Source of the DNA: Amphiscolops sp. MND2022
Lineage: Eukaryota
Assembly (NCBI GenBank): GCA_964187785.1
Contig: OZ076409.1
Coordinates: forward strand, 85,562,001 to 85,626,000
Direction of reading: 5' to 3'
Length of the DNA stretch: 64,000 nt
The first letter of the stretch is position 1. Each line of letters opens with the position of its first letter. Shown in pieces: positions 1 to 12,339 of this stretch. Both the position numbers and the translations under genes were made by a program. The notes beneath the pieces were generated by a model. It did no database searches. It saw only the letters and a program-made list of their open reading frames with translations, and was not told where the DNA came from.

Positions 1-609
1 ACGCATACAATTAGGTATGAATCAAAGCAATTTTCTCCATTTGCAGCAATTACAGAATGCGTACGAAGTTGTTTAAGCTTTCTGTGTTTTGCTCGCGACT
101 ATTTCGGCAAATGCGTCTATGTAACAATTTCACCCTTGGCGACCAAGGAGAAACCGCATAACGTTGAATTCAACTGCGTCAAACCAACTGAAGCGCAATT
201 GGAAGATCTGAAGCTAAACACTGCTGGATATAGGTCTGGGGAGTTGCGCAAAGTTGGTATAATGCGTCGGGAAGACCGGATCTTAGTCAAGCTGGAACCC
301 AACCTTAGAATGGATAAATTTTTCCACAAAGAAAAGGCGGAGAGAAGGCTGCAGTTCTTTTACCCAGAAAATGTGAAAAATCTACAGGAACGCATACTGG
401 AAAAAGTTGACAGCTCCAAAGATGCGCAAGGCATTGCAACATATTCACTGGTCAGGACCGAAGTAGAGGATGAACTTTTCCAAATTTGTTACACGATACC
501 TCGGTACCACATGGATGACAAGACCGCGGAAAATGAGGGTGTGATCCAAGAAGGTGAAGATGTTAGTGTTACCATCTTTTATAATATTCAATGTAACTAT
601 TGCATTTGA
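1..609 (+). CDS. 3' end of an unknown protein-coding gene, truncated by the window edge (202 open codons)
   Basis: Frame 1 has no stop from base 1 (THTIRYESKQFSPFAAITECVRSCLSFLCFARDYFGKCVYVTISPL...) through the track ORF 136-609 to TGA. This is unusually long for this AT-rich DNA. No recognisable family. Confidence 0.55.
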   Translation, partial: THTIRYESKQFSPFAAITECVRSCLSFLCFARDYFGKCVYVTISPLATKEKPHNVEFNCVKPTEAQLEDLKLNTAGYRSGELRKVGIMRREDRILVKLEPNLRMDKFFHKEKAERRLQFFYPENVKNLQERILEKVDSSKDAQGIATYSLVRTEVEDELFQICYTIPRYHMDDKTAENEGVIQEGEDVSVTIFYNIQCNYCI

Positions 610-1274
610 GATTTTATAAGGTATGATTTGGCGCACGCTCTGCTCTTATCGCTTTTCTCCAAAATTTCGAATCGAAACTTACTTCAATTATGTGCTCGCT
701 GAATTTTCTCGCGTCCAATTAAAGAATGAGGGCAACCAATAAGAAGCAAGTTTTTACCATCAAGTTCTGAATTTTTCAACAACAGATCGCTGGATATTCA
801 CCCATTACGATAATTTTGTTGATAAAACCAGTTCTCGCAAGTTATCATTGCAGAAACATGATAACTGGAATCTAGCAATCAAACATGGCTGGAACAGCAA
901 TAATTTTTGATGAGTTCGCTTTTGAAGAGTCTTGAAAACTCCTTTTTAAATCTTGTCACTTAAACTATGGTCACAAAGCTCCGAAGATAGGTTTACAATA
1001 ACAACTAGAATAACACAAATTCACTAATTTTGCTATCGAACGTGCCTAGAACGAACCAAAAAGGCCCAAAAATTTGGCCTGCTCTCGAGCCCTAAAAATG
1101 TTGTCGCTAAAAGTGTGCACTGAGCGGACTTTCGGTTGTTTGCAAAAGAATTAGTTTTTTTTGTGTTTTACCAGCTCAACTTCGACGACTGGCGTTAAGT
1201 GCTGACTGGTGTCAACCAAAAAAAATTGGCTCCAAGAAGACCATTCTGAGAACTTTGACGTTTCCTAAACACAT

Positions 1275-1275
1275 T

Positions 1276-1325
<50 letters not shown>

Positions 1326-1331
1326 TTCTTC
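1275..1331. repeat. (TTTC)n microsatellite
   Basis: Direct reading: tttctttctttc... about 13 units. Confidence 0.95.
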
Positions 1332-2756
1332 AAAAATTTGTGGTAGATATTGTGAAACTATGTACAACTACTGCCTGTTTTCTCATCATCAGTTTACAAT
1401 CTTGGTAAAGATATCTCTGTTATAGTTACAATTCATAGTTAGTTCCGATATTTTTAACGGTAATTTTATATGCTAATTGAGGGTTTTGGTCTCCTATGAT
1501 GAAATCAATCTCAGGGATTTTCCAATCACCTTCTCTACAGACGTTGAAATGGAGGCTACAGAACGTGAGCTTATCAAAAATGTGTCAATGTAGCTATTGA
1601 AGCAGATCATTCCTTCTTTGGTATAGTTGAAAACATTGAAAAATGCGACTGTCTTGGAATTTTAGCGACTGAACATCAAAACCTTCAACTTTTTCTGAAA
1701 CAAAAACATTTCTGTTCGAAGCTTTTGAAGTTTCTCTACTAAAAAAATTGTTGCCAGAGCGACTTTGTAGTGATAGCAAACAATACAAGTATTGTTTTAA
1801 AATAAGCCTGTAAAACAAAAATGGCCGTTTTATCTTCGAGCAAAACGTTTTAATATTCTCGTTGTTTGGCTTGAATTTGGTAGGCAACGCGACGTTTCGA
1901 GGAAACAATTATTTAGGGAATGTTTCCGTTTTCGATTTTGTTTCTAATTTGCAGTGATGTCTTTGTGTCTTTTTATGTCTGTTTTTATGAAAAAAAGCGA
2001 CAAAATATAGACTTTCCGTCGGTGTAATTTTTTCTCAATGCGACCGAAGTGGCATATTTTTCTTATCCATTCAAAATGTCTACACATTCCGATTTTGACA
2101 TACATATTCGAATCGAAACCGATTTTGAATGAAGTGTTCGGAAATGCAACTTTTTCAAAGTTTTCTTTTTCCTTTCCAAAATGGTCCCCTCATTGATTTC
2201 TTTTCAAATATTTGCATAGTAAAAAGTGTTTTTGAGCCTGAAATTTTCTCATTTGGGTTTGGTTTTAGCATTGCTCGCCTTGTTTGGGGACATTCTCATT
2301 TCACAAAAGATTTCGCGCTTCGGTTCTCTGACGTTTACGGTCAAAAACAGATTTAAAACATTGTTCTCTGTTTCGCCTGTGCGGGAAACATCGTGAGCCA
2401 GAACCTACAGGAAACACTGTTACGATTTCAAATCAGAGAAACGATTAGGATGATGCACAAGTCGCATTTTCTAGTTACTGTGGTTATTGAATCATTGAAG
2501 TATTACCGCACAACACTTCAACAAGTAAATTGTCTTCCGAAATGCCTATGAAATCAATGATTAAATGATTGTTCATGCCTTTTGAACGACGATCTGATCC
2601 AAGCAATTTATGGATATCTGACGGACAGACTCCCGCAACTCTCGAGTTTATGGTGGACGGTTTGCCAGTCCAACGATATCATCAACAACAATGTATCAAG
2701 TTCAATCATTTTCCCGTATTCATTGTTCAGTTTCAGGAAGAATGAGCACAAATTTC

Positions 2757-3800
2757 TTAATCGTTCCAGGTGAAAACAATTGCAAGAATTTGAATTTCGA
2801 CATCTCTCAGTAATCCATCTACTCCAAGATAGACTTCTCTAAGTTGCCTCAACTTCCAACAACCTGTAAGTGTATTCTGATTATCCTCCAACATGACAAT
2901 CGTTTCCAAAGTTTCTGTTTGCATGGCGAGATTTTTGTTAGAAACACAATTGCGACAAGAATTTTGGTGCCATTCCATCCAAAAGCTGTCCAAAACAGTG
3001 TCTACGAGGTTGGCTTACGACGCATCTATTGTGAGCTGGAAAATCACTAGTTTTGAGAACGGCTGAGTAGAAGTTGACTGGGAGACAAGTGAAACCCATC
3101 ATCAGGATGATGCAGAGAGCTAACTATGGGCCAATGATTTAGAGGGTTTGCTGGTTGGAACAAAAATCTTTGCACGACCATCATTGGTAGAAGTTGATAT
3201 CCAATATCAAAAAGCAGGCACATCTCTCACTGAGCCGAATAATCATTCAATGCTAGTTTGTCTCCAAGCAGCGCAGTTGGATGCAACTTCTCACCGTATT
3301 ACTTTGAAGTTTCATTCTTTTTTCTGAGGAAACCCTCACTGAGTGACTTGCATCTGACTAAAAGGGCTTAGACTACACGTAATTGAGTGCTCGAGTGAGT
3401 CTGATTGAAGACTTTCGGAAACCCGCGAAGTTATTCGTCTGAACTTTTGCAGTAGTTCTTCTGTCAAATTTATCCAAATAAATAGCCCGCAAAAGAGGCA
3501 ACTGGGAATGATACCATATTTTTGAAACGTGCCCTTCTATTCAAAATGCGTGTCACATTGTATGGACTCAACAGATCAAACCACCGATATATGGGCGAAT
3601 TCAAGGACAGCAAAGAATTATATCTGTTACAAGGAAAATTGTTTTGTGTGCATCTATTGTAATCTGAAATGTCGTCCCAAAATGGTTACTTCAGTCAAAC
3701 AAACCCTTTGCTACCCGTACGGATAACGATGTGAACTCATGTACTGCCACGAGTTCTGCTAAGGATCTGTCAAGTTCTGGATCAGTCCTCACAAGTGTCA
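2757..3800 (-). mobile_element. Degraded BEL/Pao LTR-retrotransposon integrase C-terminus (DUF5641-like)
   Basis: ORF 2757-2993 (FWMEW...IVMLED...WKLRQLREVYLGVDGLLRDVEI) matches the BEL/Pao post-integrase motif FW..W...V.L.D....W.LGRV..V..G.DG.VR.V. Upstream extent is approximate. Confidence 0.6.
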
Positions 3801-4234
3801 CTTTGTTTCCATTTTTCGTGGACCAGCATTACGAGGCCAAAGTGGGAAAAACGTGAACTACAACGATTTCGTTGTAATAATTTTTGAATTCTTGAACTAA
3901 TTTTAATACATACAAATTTCAAGAATCGAGAAAAACTAAGCGAAAGCAAGTGGGGATTTTTCTCTATTCTTGATTTAAATATAATGCATAGCATGCAAGA
4001 ATCGAGAAAAGTTTCAAGAATCGAGAAAAACAGCTTCTAGCTGAGTCCTTACCAGTCTTGGAAATCGTAAGATAGTGATGAAAACAAGAACCTGCGGGAT
4101 GATCAGGACTTGAATTTGTGCTTTGGAGCTGGGATCCTTTCATTCAATATATTAAGCCTGGTGGAACTCAAAATTTAAAATTGTATAAGAAGAAACATTT
4201 GCAAGAGAGTATTGAATAAATTACAACTTGAATA

Positions 4235-4694
4235 CAGTACTGTGATTAAGAAAACGTCCCCCGGGCGATTTTAGGCTCGATTTTCTCGAAATTGGTTGAG
4301 AATTTTGAAAAACATCAGAGATAAAAGGTTCTTAGAATTTCATCTAGTTTATATTAGTGTTTTTTTCTGGGACAAAAATTGAGAAAGTTACAAATGGCTG
4401 ATTTTGAGCTAATTTGGTACTTTTTTCTGTTTTTATAATTTTTGACCGTTTTATCCACAGTTTTTTCGGCAAGTTTTATGCTCAAATAACTCCCTCAAAT
4501 CTACTGAATAAATTGATGTATTTTGATTTCAAAATAGATCAACCGTTTCCGAATTATCAGGCTCAAAAGGTAAAATTTCCTAAATTTACGTGAAATTCAC
4601 TTGATGCGCCAATCAGAATTGAAAGTGAGAGCAAATAAACAATTTTGATTGGCTGAGAACGTCATAGGGGGACGATTTCTTCATCACAGTACTG
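4235..4694. mobile_element. Tc1/mariner-type MITE, 460 bp
   Basis: TIRs CAGTACTGTGATTAAGAAAACGTCCCCC / GGGGGACGATTTCTTCATCACAGTACTG (2 mismatches), flanked by TA on both sides. Confidence 0.85.
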
Positions 4695-5510
4695 TATTTT
4701 CTTTTCAAATTCTGCTAAAGACCGCAACAAGGCTGATAAAATATGAAGACTGGTCAAAACTGAACAAGAAATTAGTTTAGCTTTCCGCGGCATCCAAATT
4801 TTCGAGGGCAAAAAAAACAGACTTGGTGGTACTTCAGTGTAAAAAACCTTGGAGCTCTTAACAAGAATTTTTGAATCCTCTGGTTTGCATCTTGCCAAAG
4901 TTTTATCCGAAGTTGAAGAAATGTATGAGTACATACGACCTTGCCAGGAACTTCAACGTGCCAAGCACTTCAACGTGTCCGGAACTTCAAGGCAGCTAAC
5001 GTAAGTTTTGGCATCAGAAAACAACAGTAGCTATATACGACTGGATCGTTTTGACTGCTCAGGCTACCAATCGACCAACCACGCCCTGGGTTTCGAAACC
5101 TTGTTTTGTCCAGCAGTCAATACTCTAAAAATGACAGTGAATCTACTAGTGTGTAACAAACAGGTTGTGCTGGTACCGTGGAGCAGATGTGAAAGGCGAT
5201 CTGAGAAATACAGACCCGAAAAGGATACAAACTATTGTCAAACCCTCAAACTAACAAACGTTCACCACCATTTGTGGTCTTCCACAGTGTAGTCATATAA
5301 GTCCTTGATTTCCATCTTTTTAAGGTAAATTAATTCTCACATCATGAATTGTAGTAAACCCTACGAACTAGCTAACCAATCTTCCATTCAGGAAATAGTC
5401 CAGAGACTAATAAACTACAGGTCTGATACAAGATGTGACTTAGTTTTAAGTTAAAATGTTGTATGAGCTAACTATTTTGCGTCATTGCACATATCGAGGT
5501 GAGACGTATA

Positions 5511-6245
5511 GTAACGTCAGGCAAAAGACGTTGCAAAAGTTTGTGAAAATTTCGTTTCAAGATGTCAAAATGTGCGATATCGACAAATGCACAAAATCAA
5601 GATGGCCGACCTGACAGGTACTGGAAAATGAAAAAGAGGATGAAAGAGAGTGCAAAAGCAACCCACCTCACCCAGGAACGTGAATGCCCGACATATCATC
5701 ACCCAGAAGGCGAGAGAACCCGGAATTGTGCCATCTGATAGCAAAAAGACAGGGATTTGGCAGAAAAATGCCAAATGAGACTATTGTGCCCCGAAGATGA
5801 AGAAAGTGCCAGAGGCCGGAGTCTGATTATCAACCCGGAACTGTAATGTTATTGGGGCTTAGCCCCGTGTTTTGTCACCGTTTACAGAGTATTTGGATGA
5901 TGTTTGACATGATATGTCTTCATTTTAGTCCTTATTCTCCAAATACCATGTATTTCAGCTAGAAACATTTTGGACATCGGAAGTATGCTGGAGTCGCAGG
6001 AACACGTTAGGAACACTAGGATTTGTTTTTACAGGCTTGTGGGGCGTGTCCGGACTTTGAGAGTGCCGGCGCGTCGCCTCAGAGCTCTAACTTGAGGAGC
6101 TTCCTTAGACATAAGAAAAGTCCCTCCTGGAGACCATTTTGGGAGCAAACTGATGTCTAGGGCTGTAGTAAGACAAAGGTTTACTGTTTAAGCACCCTAG
6201 TCTTTATCCCACCTCCTAGATGTGCGTCTCTAGCCGGACGTTACA
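5511..6245 (+). repeat. 5' LTR
   Basis: Aligns by eye along its whole length with 9542-10265. Confidence 0.85.
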
Positions 6246-9200
6246 TCTGGAATAGTTTTAATGGCGACCACAGAGGGATATTTTCCACTTTAGAGTCCGA
6301 CTAGGAGTTTTTCCTGCTTTCCGGTCCTGCTAGATCCGGATCTGGGAAATTGTTCTAGGAGGGTCCCAGATTGTTTTCATGGCTTTTTTCTATCCCTGTG
6401 GGCTTTATACTAATAATTTTCTTGCGTTTCCTGCATGTTTCCGAGGTCTGGAACAACCAATAGACGATTTCAAACATTGTACCCCTTTTGCCTTTGTTTT
6501 ACTCATTGAAAAAGTTAATCCGGCATTTCCGGAACTGGTTTTAAAAGGTCCTGTAGCCTGATTTCAGCAAATCTGCAATGTATGGGGACCGAAAGGAAGT
6601 GCAGTGAATGTTGCTGCTAGCTGACACGAAAACGTACCGTCCTACACGACCTCACCCCCCATACCCCTGTGATTGCAACACCCCAAACCAAATTCCGATT
6701 TTACCGATTTTGAAGATCAATAATTATGTGGAATAGAATATGGCCAATGAGGATACTAAGAAACGTTTCGAAAGACTTACCAAGGCAGGACCAAAATCTT
6801 TTGGTTGGGCTAAATTGTAAAAAACGAGAAAAATTTAGCAGTTATTGTTAAAAAATCGTCAATTTTGGCGATTTTGACAAATTTGGCAGGGACGAAGCTT
6901 TGAGCGTTAGTTCCCCAGCCTTTTGGGCAGCCCAAAAGTTTTGTTGTTGAGCTTGGCAGTACAAAACACTACTTACTTCCAAGATGGTTGTTAGCGATCC
7001 CCCAATAAACTGAGACTTTATCAGTGCTTTTCTTTTGTTACAATTAGACCTGAGTGGAGGACCCCCACAGGCCTGAGCGTTATAAAAACAAAACTAATAA
7101 TTAAAATTACCCCAGTCTCCTGAATAAAGTTGTTACGCCTTCCTGCCCTACCGATAAAACCATTCGGAACGTCTGAGAACAGAGAAACAGAAAGTTCTTG
7201 ACGAAAGTACGTATTTTCAGTACTCTTCCAAGAGTGTAAAAAGTCCAATCTGAAAAGTTTTCAAAAGATCTTGTTTGGAACCTATCAGGTTTCGCTTGCC
7301 TATTTTCTGTTAATATAGAGTGTACTGTTGCAAACGCAGAAAACTGCGAGTGAATCCGAAAAAAGGTTGTTGAGAAGTAGCCAAAAACGTGCTATTTTTG
7401 CGACATTTTGGGAATTCGGCAACTACGTTTTTTAGACAAATCGAAATCTCTCCTAGCAGGAGTAGCTAAAAACCATTTGCACCATCGTGTGAAACGCAAA
7501 AAGTTACGCTAGTGGGGCGATTTTGGTGGTGCTACTGATATCTCCGGGGTATCCCAGCACCTAAATTCTTGCATTTTTGCATACGTGGTACTAAATCCCA
7601 ACGATTTGTACTATTTGAGCAGTCGGCGGCTAGCCAAAGCCGAAAAATTGACATTTTAGTGAATTTTGACCCGAAAAAGTGGTACATCAGGTACATCAAG
7701 ATTTTGTCAACCAGAATTGCCAGATGAAGATCCAGGCACCTCGCTACCAAATTTTTTGTTACGTAGTCATAAGTTACGTTCGCATACCAAATTTCTGGTA
7801 GCTAGGACGTCTAGAATGCGAGTTTGAAAGCTTTTGTGAGTTTCACAACATAGTCAGTTTTTCAGTGAACATTGTTAATTAACGGTAACACTCACAGAGT
7901 CATTTTAGGCACAATCGAAGGTTGATTCCCCACGATTTGGCTACTGTAGTATACGGTGTGAAATGTTCAGGTCGCTAGCAGCGCTAGAAGTGATTTTCAC
8001 CTTCCCCGGAGGTACATAATGGCAAAAAAATTGTCGATTGTGGTAATTTTTGAGACAAATCTTACACTTTTTGTCAAAATACGTGCCAGTGAGGGCCCAA
8101 ACGACCTCTATAGTATACTCGGAACCCTCAACACGTCCTGCTGAATCACTTGGAACAGTGCTAAACTGACCTTAAGATCTCGAGTCTCCGCGAAAATGGT
8201 CTGCGAGACATAGAGGTGAAAACCAAAAATCGAAATTTGTCTCTTGACTACTATCGAAGTCACCTAAGTGCAACTTATTCGTTCTTAACACGCATGCGTG
8301 GTGCTCTGTGTACCCTGTGGGTGCTGGATCTTGTTTATAGGCACTTTCAGAAGTTCAGAGTTTGAACGCAGTGCGTCTCAAAACAGAACAACAGTACAGT
8401 AGTGACTACCATAGCTGAAAAAGAACGCTTTTTCTGATCGTACTACAATCGTAAGGCAGAAGTCACTTCAAACTCAATTTCGTTCCACCTACTCACCCCT
8501 AAGGTCTATTCCCAGTCCCTGATCACATATACGTCCTTACTGGTGCTCTCCAGAGACAGGGCAGCATGAGTGACGACCGGACGTTTCAGACAATCTAGCA
8601 TCTGTAGCCAAGCTGGCTTCTCAAAAATCAGTGTTCGTTGCTCAATTCATCTCTAAGGTGTACCTCGGTCCTTGGTACCACGTTGTGCGAACCATGTAGA
8701 TGTGAAAACACTGGACAAGAGATTGTCCCGGGGAGTAGCTGTACTCTCCCGAGAGAAATCAACACCAAGCATGATGAAACGCCTAGAGCTTCGAAGCTCT
8801 GAGAACTTCTTGGCCAGCGACCGTGCTTTCAAAACTCGAATAAAAGCCCCGAAACTGGATTTTTAATGCCAAAGACTGTTTTCAGGTTTTATCATGTCTA
8901 ACTTTTGATTTTTATTGGATCTGCACTATCATCGCTATCGACATAATCATCCTCTTGAGAAGCTGCTAACGCAATAGACTGAATGGGGTTTCACTTTTGG
9001 TGATATTTTGAATTTTTGTGCTCTGTTTTTCCATTGGTGCTATTCATTGTGGAGTTTCTGTTGGCCATGAAATACGACACTTTTGCAAGACCACAGCTGT
9101 TACTTTTATTTTTCAGTTTTCCAGTGCTATCGTGCGTTTTGTAAAACCTAACCAATCATGTGGGCCCCCGGTCAATGCTAAACCTGTTGCGATGGGTGCT

Positions 9201-9541
9201 TTTTAAATTTACACAGATTCGGTAACACAAAGTGCTAGTAATTTTGGTGCGAAATTGAAAGTTTGGAAACGTTTTGAATACAATGCTATGTGTCCCAGAG
9301 TTGCTAATACTTTTCCAGTACAAGGACTCATTGTGTGTGTGTGTGGAATCCAAGGAAGCCTGCTAGGCTAGCGCCAAAACCTCATCGTTTTGGGCAATGA
9401 CTTCTTTCTGGACAACGACTTCTATTTAGATCCCTAAAGTACAATGATGCAACAGTATCACTGGATCACTGGATTGTGGCAACCAAGATGTGAACATGCT
9501 CTCTCGTTTGTCGAGGACGACAAACTACTGCCCGGGGAGAC

Positions 9542-10265
9542 TGTAACTTCAGGCAAAAGACGTTGGAAAGACTTGTGAAAATTTCGTTCAAGATGTCAAA
9601 TTGTGTGATATCGACAAATGCACAAAATCAAGATGGCCGACCTGACAGGTACTGGAAAGTGAAAAAGAGGATGAAAGCAACCCACCCCACCCAGGAACGT
9701 AAATGCCTGACATATCATCACCCAGAAGGCGAGAGAACCCGGAATTGTGCCATCTGATAGCAAAAAGACAGGGATTTGGCAGAAAAATGCCAAATGAGAC
9801 TATTGTGCCCCGAAGATGAAGAAAGTGCCAGAGGCCGGAGTCTGATTATCAACCCGGAACTGTAGTGTTATTGGGGCTTAGCCTCGTGTTTTGTCACCGT
9901 TTACAGAGTATTTGGATTATGTTTGACATGATATGTCTCCATTTTAGTCCTTATTCTCCAAATACCATGTATTTCAGCTAGAAACATTTTGGACCTCGGA
10001 AGTATGTAGGAGTCGCGGGAACACGTTAGGAACCCTAGGTTTTGTTTTTACAGGCTTGTGGGGCGTGTCCGGACTTTGAGAGTGCCGGCGCATCGCCTCG
10101 GAGCTCTAACTTGAGGAGCATCCTTAGACGTAAGAAAAGTCCCTCCTGGAGACCATTTTGGAAGAAAAACTGATATCTAGGGCTGTAGTAAGACAAAGGT
10201 CTCCTGTTTAAGCACCCTAGGCATTGTCCCACTTCCTAGATGTTCGCCGCTAGCCGGACGTTTCA
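9542..10265 (+). repeat. 3' LTR
   Basis: Starts TGTAAC and ends GACGTTTCA. Near-copy of 5511-6245. Confidence 0.85.
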
Positions 10266-10792
10266 TATATACGTCACTCTGAGTTTTTGTGCTATGCCAC
10301 TATGCAGTACTATGCGTTTGGAGGGAGTGTGGATATACGTCATTTTACGTTTTGTATGATGTCAATATGTGGTTTTGTTGATTTCTATGTCTGATGATTA
10401 TTCGCCACTGCTCGGATCTCAGAGTGACGATTATACGACATCGTACGTTTTTCCAGGGTCTAACTGTATCGAGTAGGTTACTGTTTCAAAGGTCAAGCAA
10501 TCGTAATTTTGTGTACTTTATTTAGGATACAGCATTTGATACACTTGACATTTCTACTTCTTACTAATATGAGGTCTCAAAAAAGAGAATGTCACGCTCA
10601 ATGTTTTGAGGACAATTAGTGCGGTAGATATCTCCTTCACTTGAAAAAAACCTGTGGTGTGGACAGGAGCTTCTCTTAAAGCATTTCAGGGAAATAGAAG
10701 AACAGAAAGTCTAAAAAACTAGAAAGTCCATCTATTGAGAGAGACGAGAGTATCATAGAGGTAGAAACACCGAATCAAGGTAGTGTGACTTT

Positions 10793-10992
10793 NNNNNNNN
10801 NNNNNNNNNNNNNNNNNNNNNNNNNNNNNNNNNNNNNNNNNNNNNNNNNNNNNNNNNNNNNNNNNNNNNNNNNNNNNNNNNNNNNNNNNNNNNNNNNNNN
10901 NNNNNNNNNNNNNNNNNNNNNNNNNNNNNNNNNNNNNNNNNNNNNNNNNNNNNNNNNNNNNNNNNNNNNNNNNNNNNNNNNNNNNNNNNNNN
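10793..10992. other. Assembly gap (200 N)
   Basis: Run of exactly 200 N, typical of a fixed-length scaffolding join. Confidence 0.99.
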
Positions 10993-12339
10993 TTTCGTCT
11001 AAAAAACATGTCTCGATATATCGAGTACTTTCCTAAGGATAATCATGATTGTCAAAAAAACTGGTGAAAACAGTTTGTGATCCCAGTCGGATACGCAAAA
11101 ATTACAAGTGTTAGTCCAAGTACTCGAAGAACAATGGAAGAAAAAGATGGATGCGCTTTGAGATGGAAGACAAATTTCAAGCAATTCCCAGATGGAAGAA
11201 GATGGAAATAAGCTTTGCCTACGGGTCGCGAAATTCAGCAGTTTATAGGAGATCGCGAATCAGATATTGATATTATTCTAAGGGCCTGAGAATTGTGAGG
11301 GAATTTAGACATCCTGTAAAACCCGTCTTCCAAAACGAGCTCCACCTAGATGAAACTGTAATCATAAAAGATCACTCAGAGGAAGGGTATCACAGAGACA
11401 GTCTAACATAAATAAGCTTTGTTTTGCGATTAGTTATTTTGAAGGGTGTTCGAAAGTGTGTTTGAGTGTTCTTGTAGGGCTTCGAAAGCATTCTGTTTGG
11501 AACAATCAATAAGTTTCCGCGGAGCAAGAGAAAGCAATATGCTATCAGGATTCTCAAGATGGAACAGGAATATGAAACAATAAACGTAAGGGCCAATGAA
11601 ATCATACCGCGGAATTGAGCTTTTTGCCGGTCTCTGACCCTTCCCGCTTCTTCCGCCAAAAACAGGAACAAAATTTCTGAAGGACTGCATCTGTTCAATG
11701 AGTTATCAGCTGCTTCGATCAAAATCCCTCTTTGCCTGGAAATCTGCCTCGCCTCTTTTTGTCCGGAAGTCGTACGCCCAAACACTGCAACTGACCGTCC
11801 TCATACAGATTCCACCAAAACCTCCCAAGTGGGTTGTCGTTTCACTTCTATCGCTCTTCCGATTAGCTTTTATTCTTGCTACAACGATGTACGAGAAGCG
11901 ATTATAGAACGCTTTCCTGAAACATTCTTGAAACCTAAAAGTCTTTGACAGCTGTTGAGTAGCTAACCCGGTTTCAGTTCAGACAAGTTGTGACTGGTTG
12001 GGTAGCATTGCACTGCTCAACGATAAAAAAATAAACAATCAGCTGTTTCAGTAGTCCGAAACCATCAGAAACGATTTCTTGAAATAATATTATTAGGCGT
12101 AGTAGTTCTAGCACCCTCATGGGGAATTCCCAAACTATCGACATTCCAAACGGCAAAAAATGAAAAATTGGTCTCAAGCAGCAGAATAATTTCTTCATGC
12201 TGCAATGTAATTGGCTGAAAATTGAATCGAATTGAATTCACTAAGCTGAAAACGAGTGTCAATTTTGTAATAACTATTAGTAAAACGTCGTCAGCTATTT
12301 TCACATACCCCTAGTGCCCTAAATGCAGGCGCGAAGCGA

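Larger units (their letters stand above)
5511..10265 (+). mobile_element. Non-autonomous LTR retrotransposon (about 4.75 kb) with paired LTRs
   Basis: Direct repeats 5511-6245 and 9542-10265 with (T)GTAACG/TTC...GACGTTA/TCA termini. TATA on both flanks, a TGGCGACCAC PBS-like motif at about 6262, GGGGAGA before the 3' LTR, and no internal gag/pol ORF. Confidence 0.8.

Noticed and set aside
10719..11036. ORFs spanning the N run
   Set aside because: Artefacts of the assembly gap
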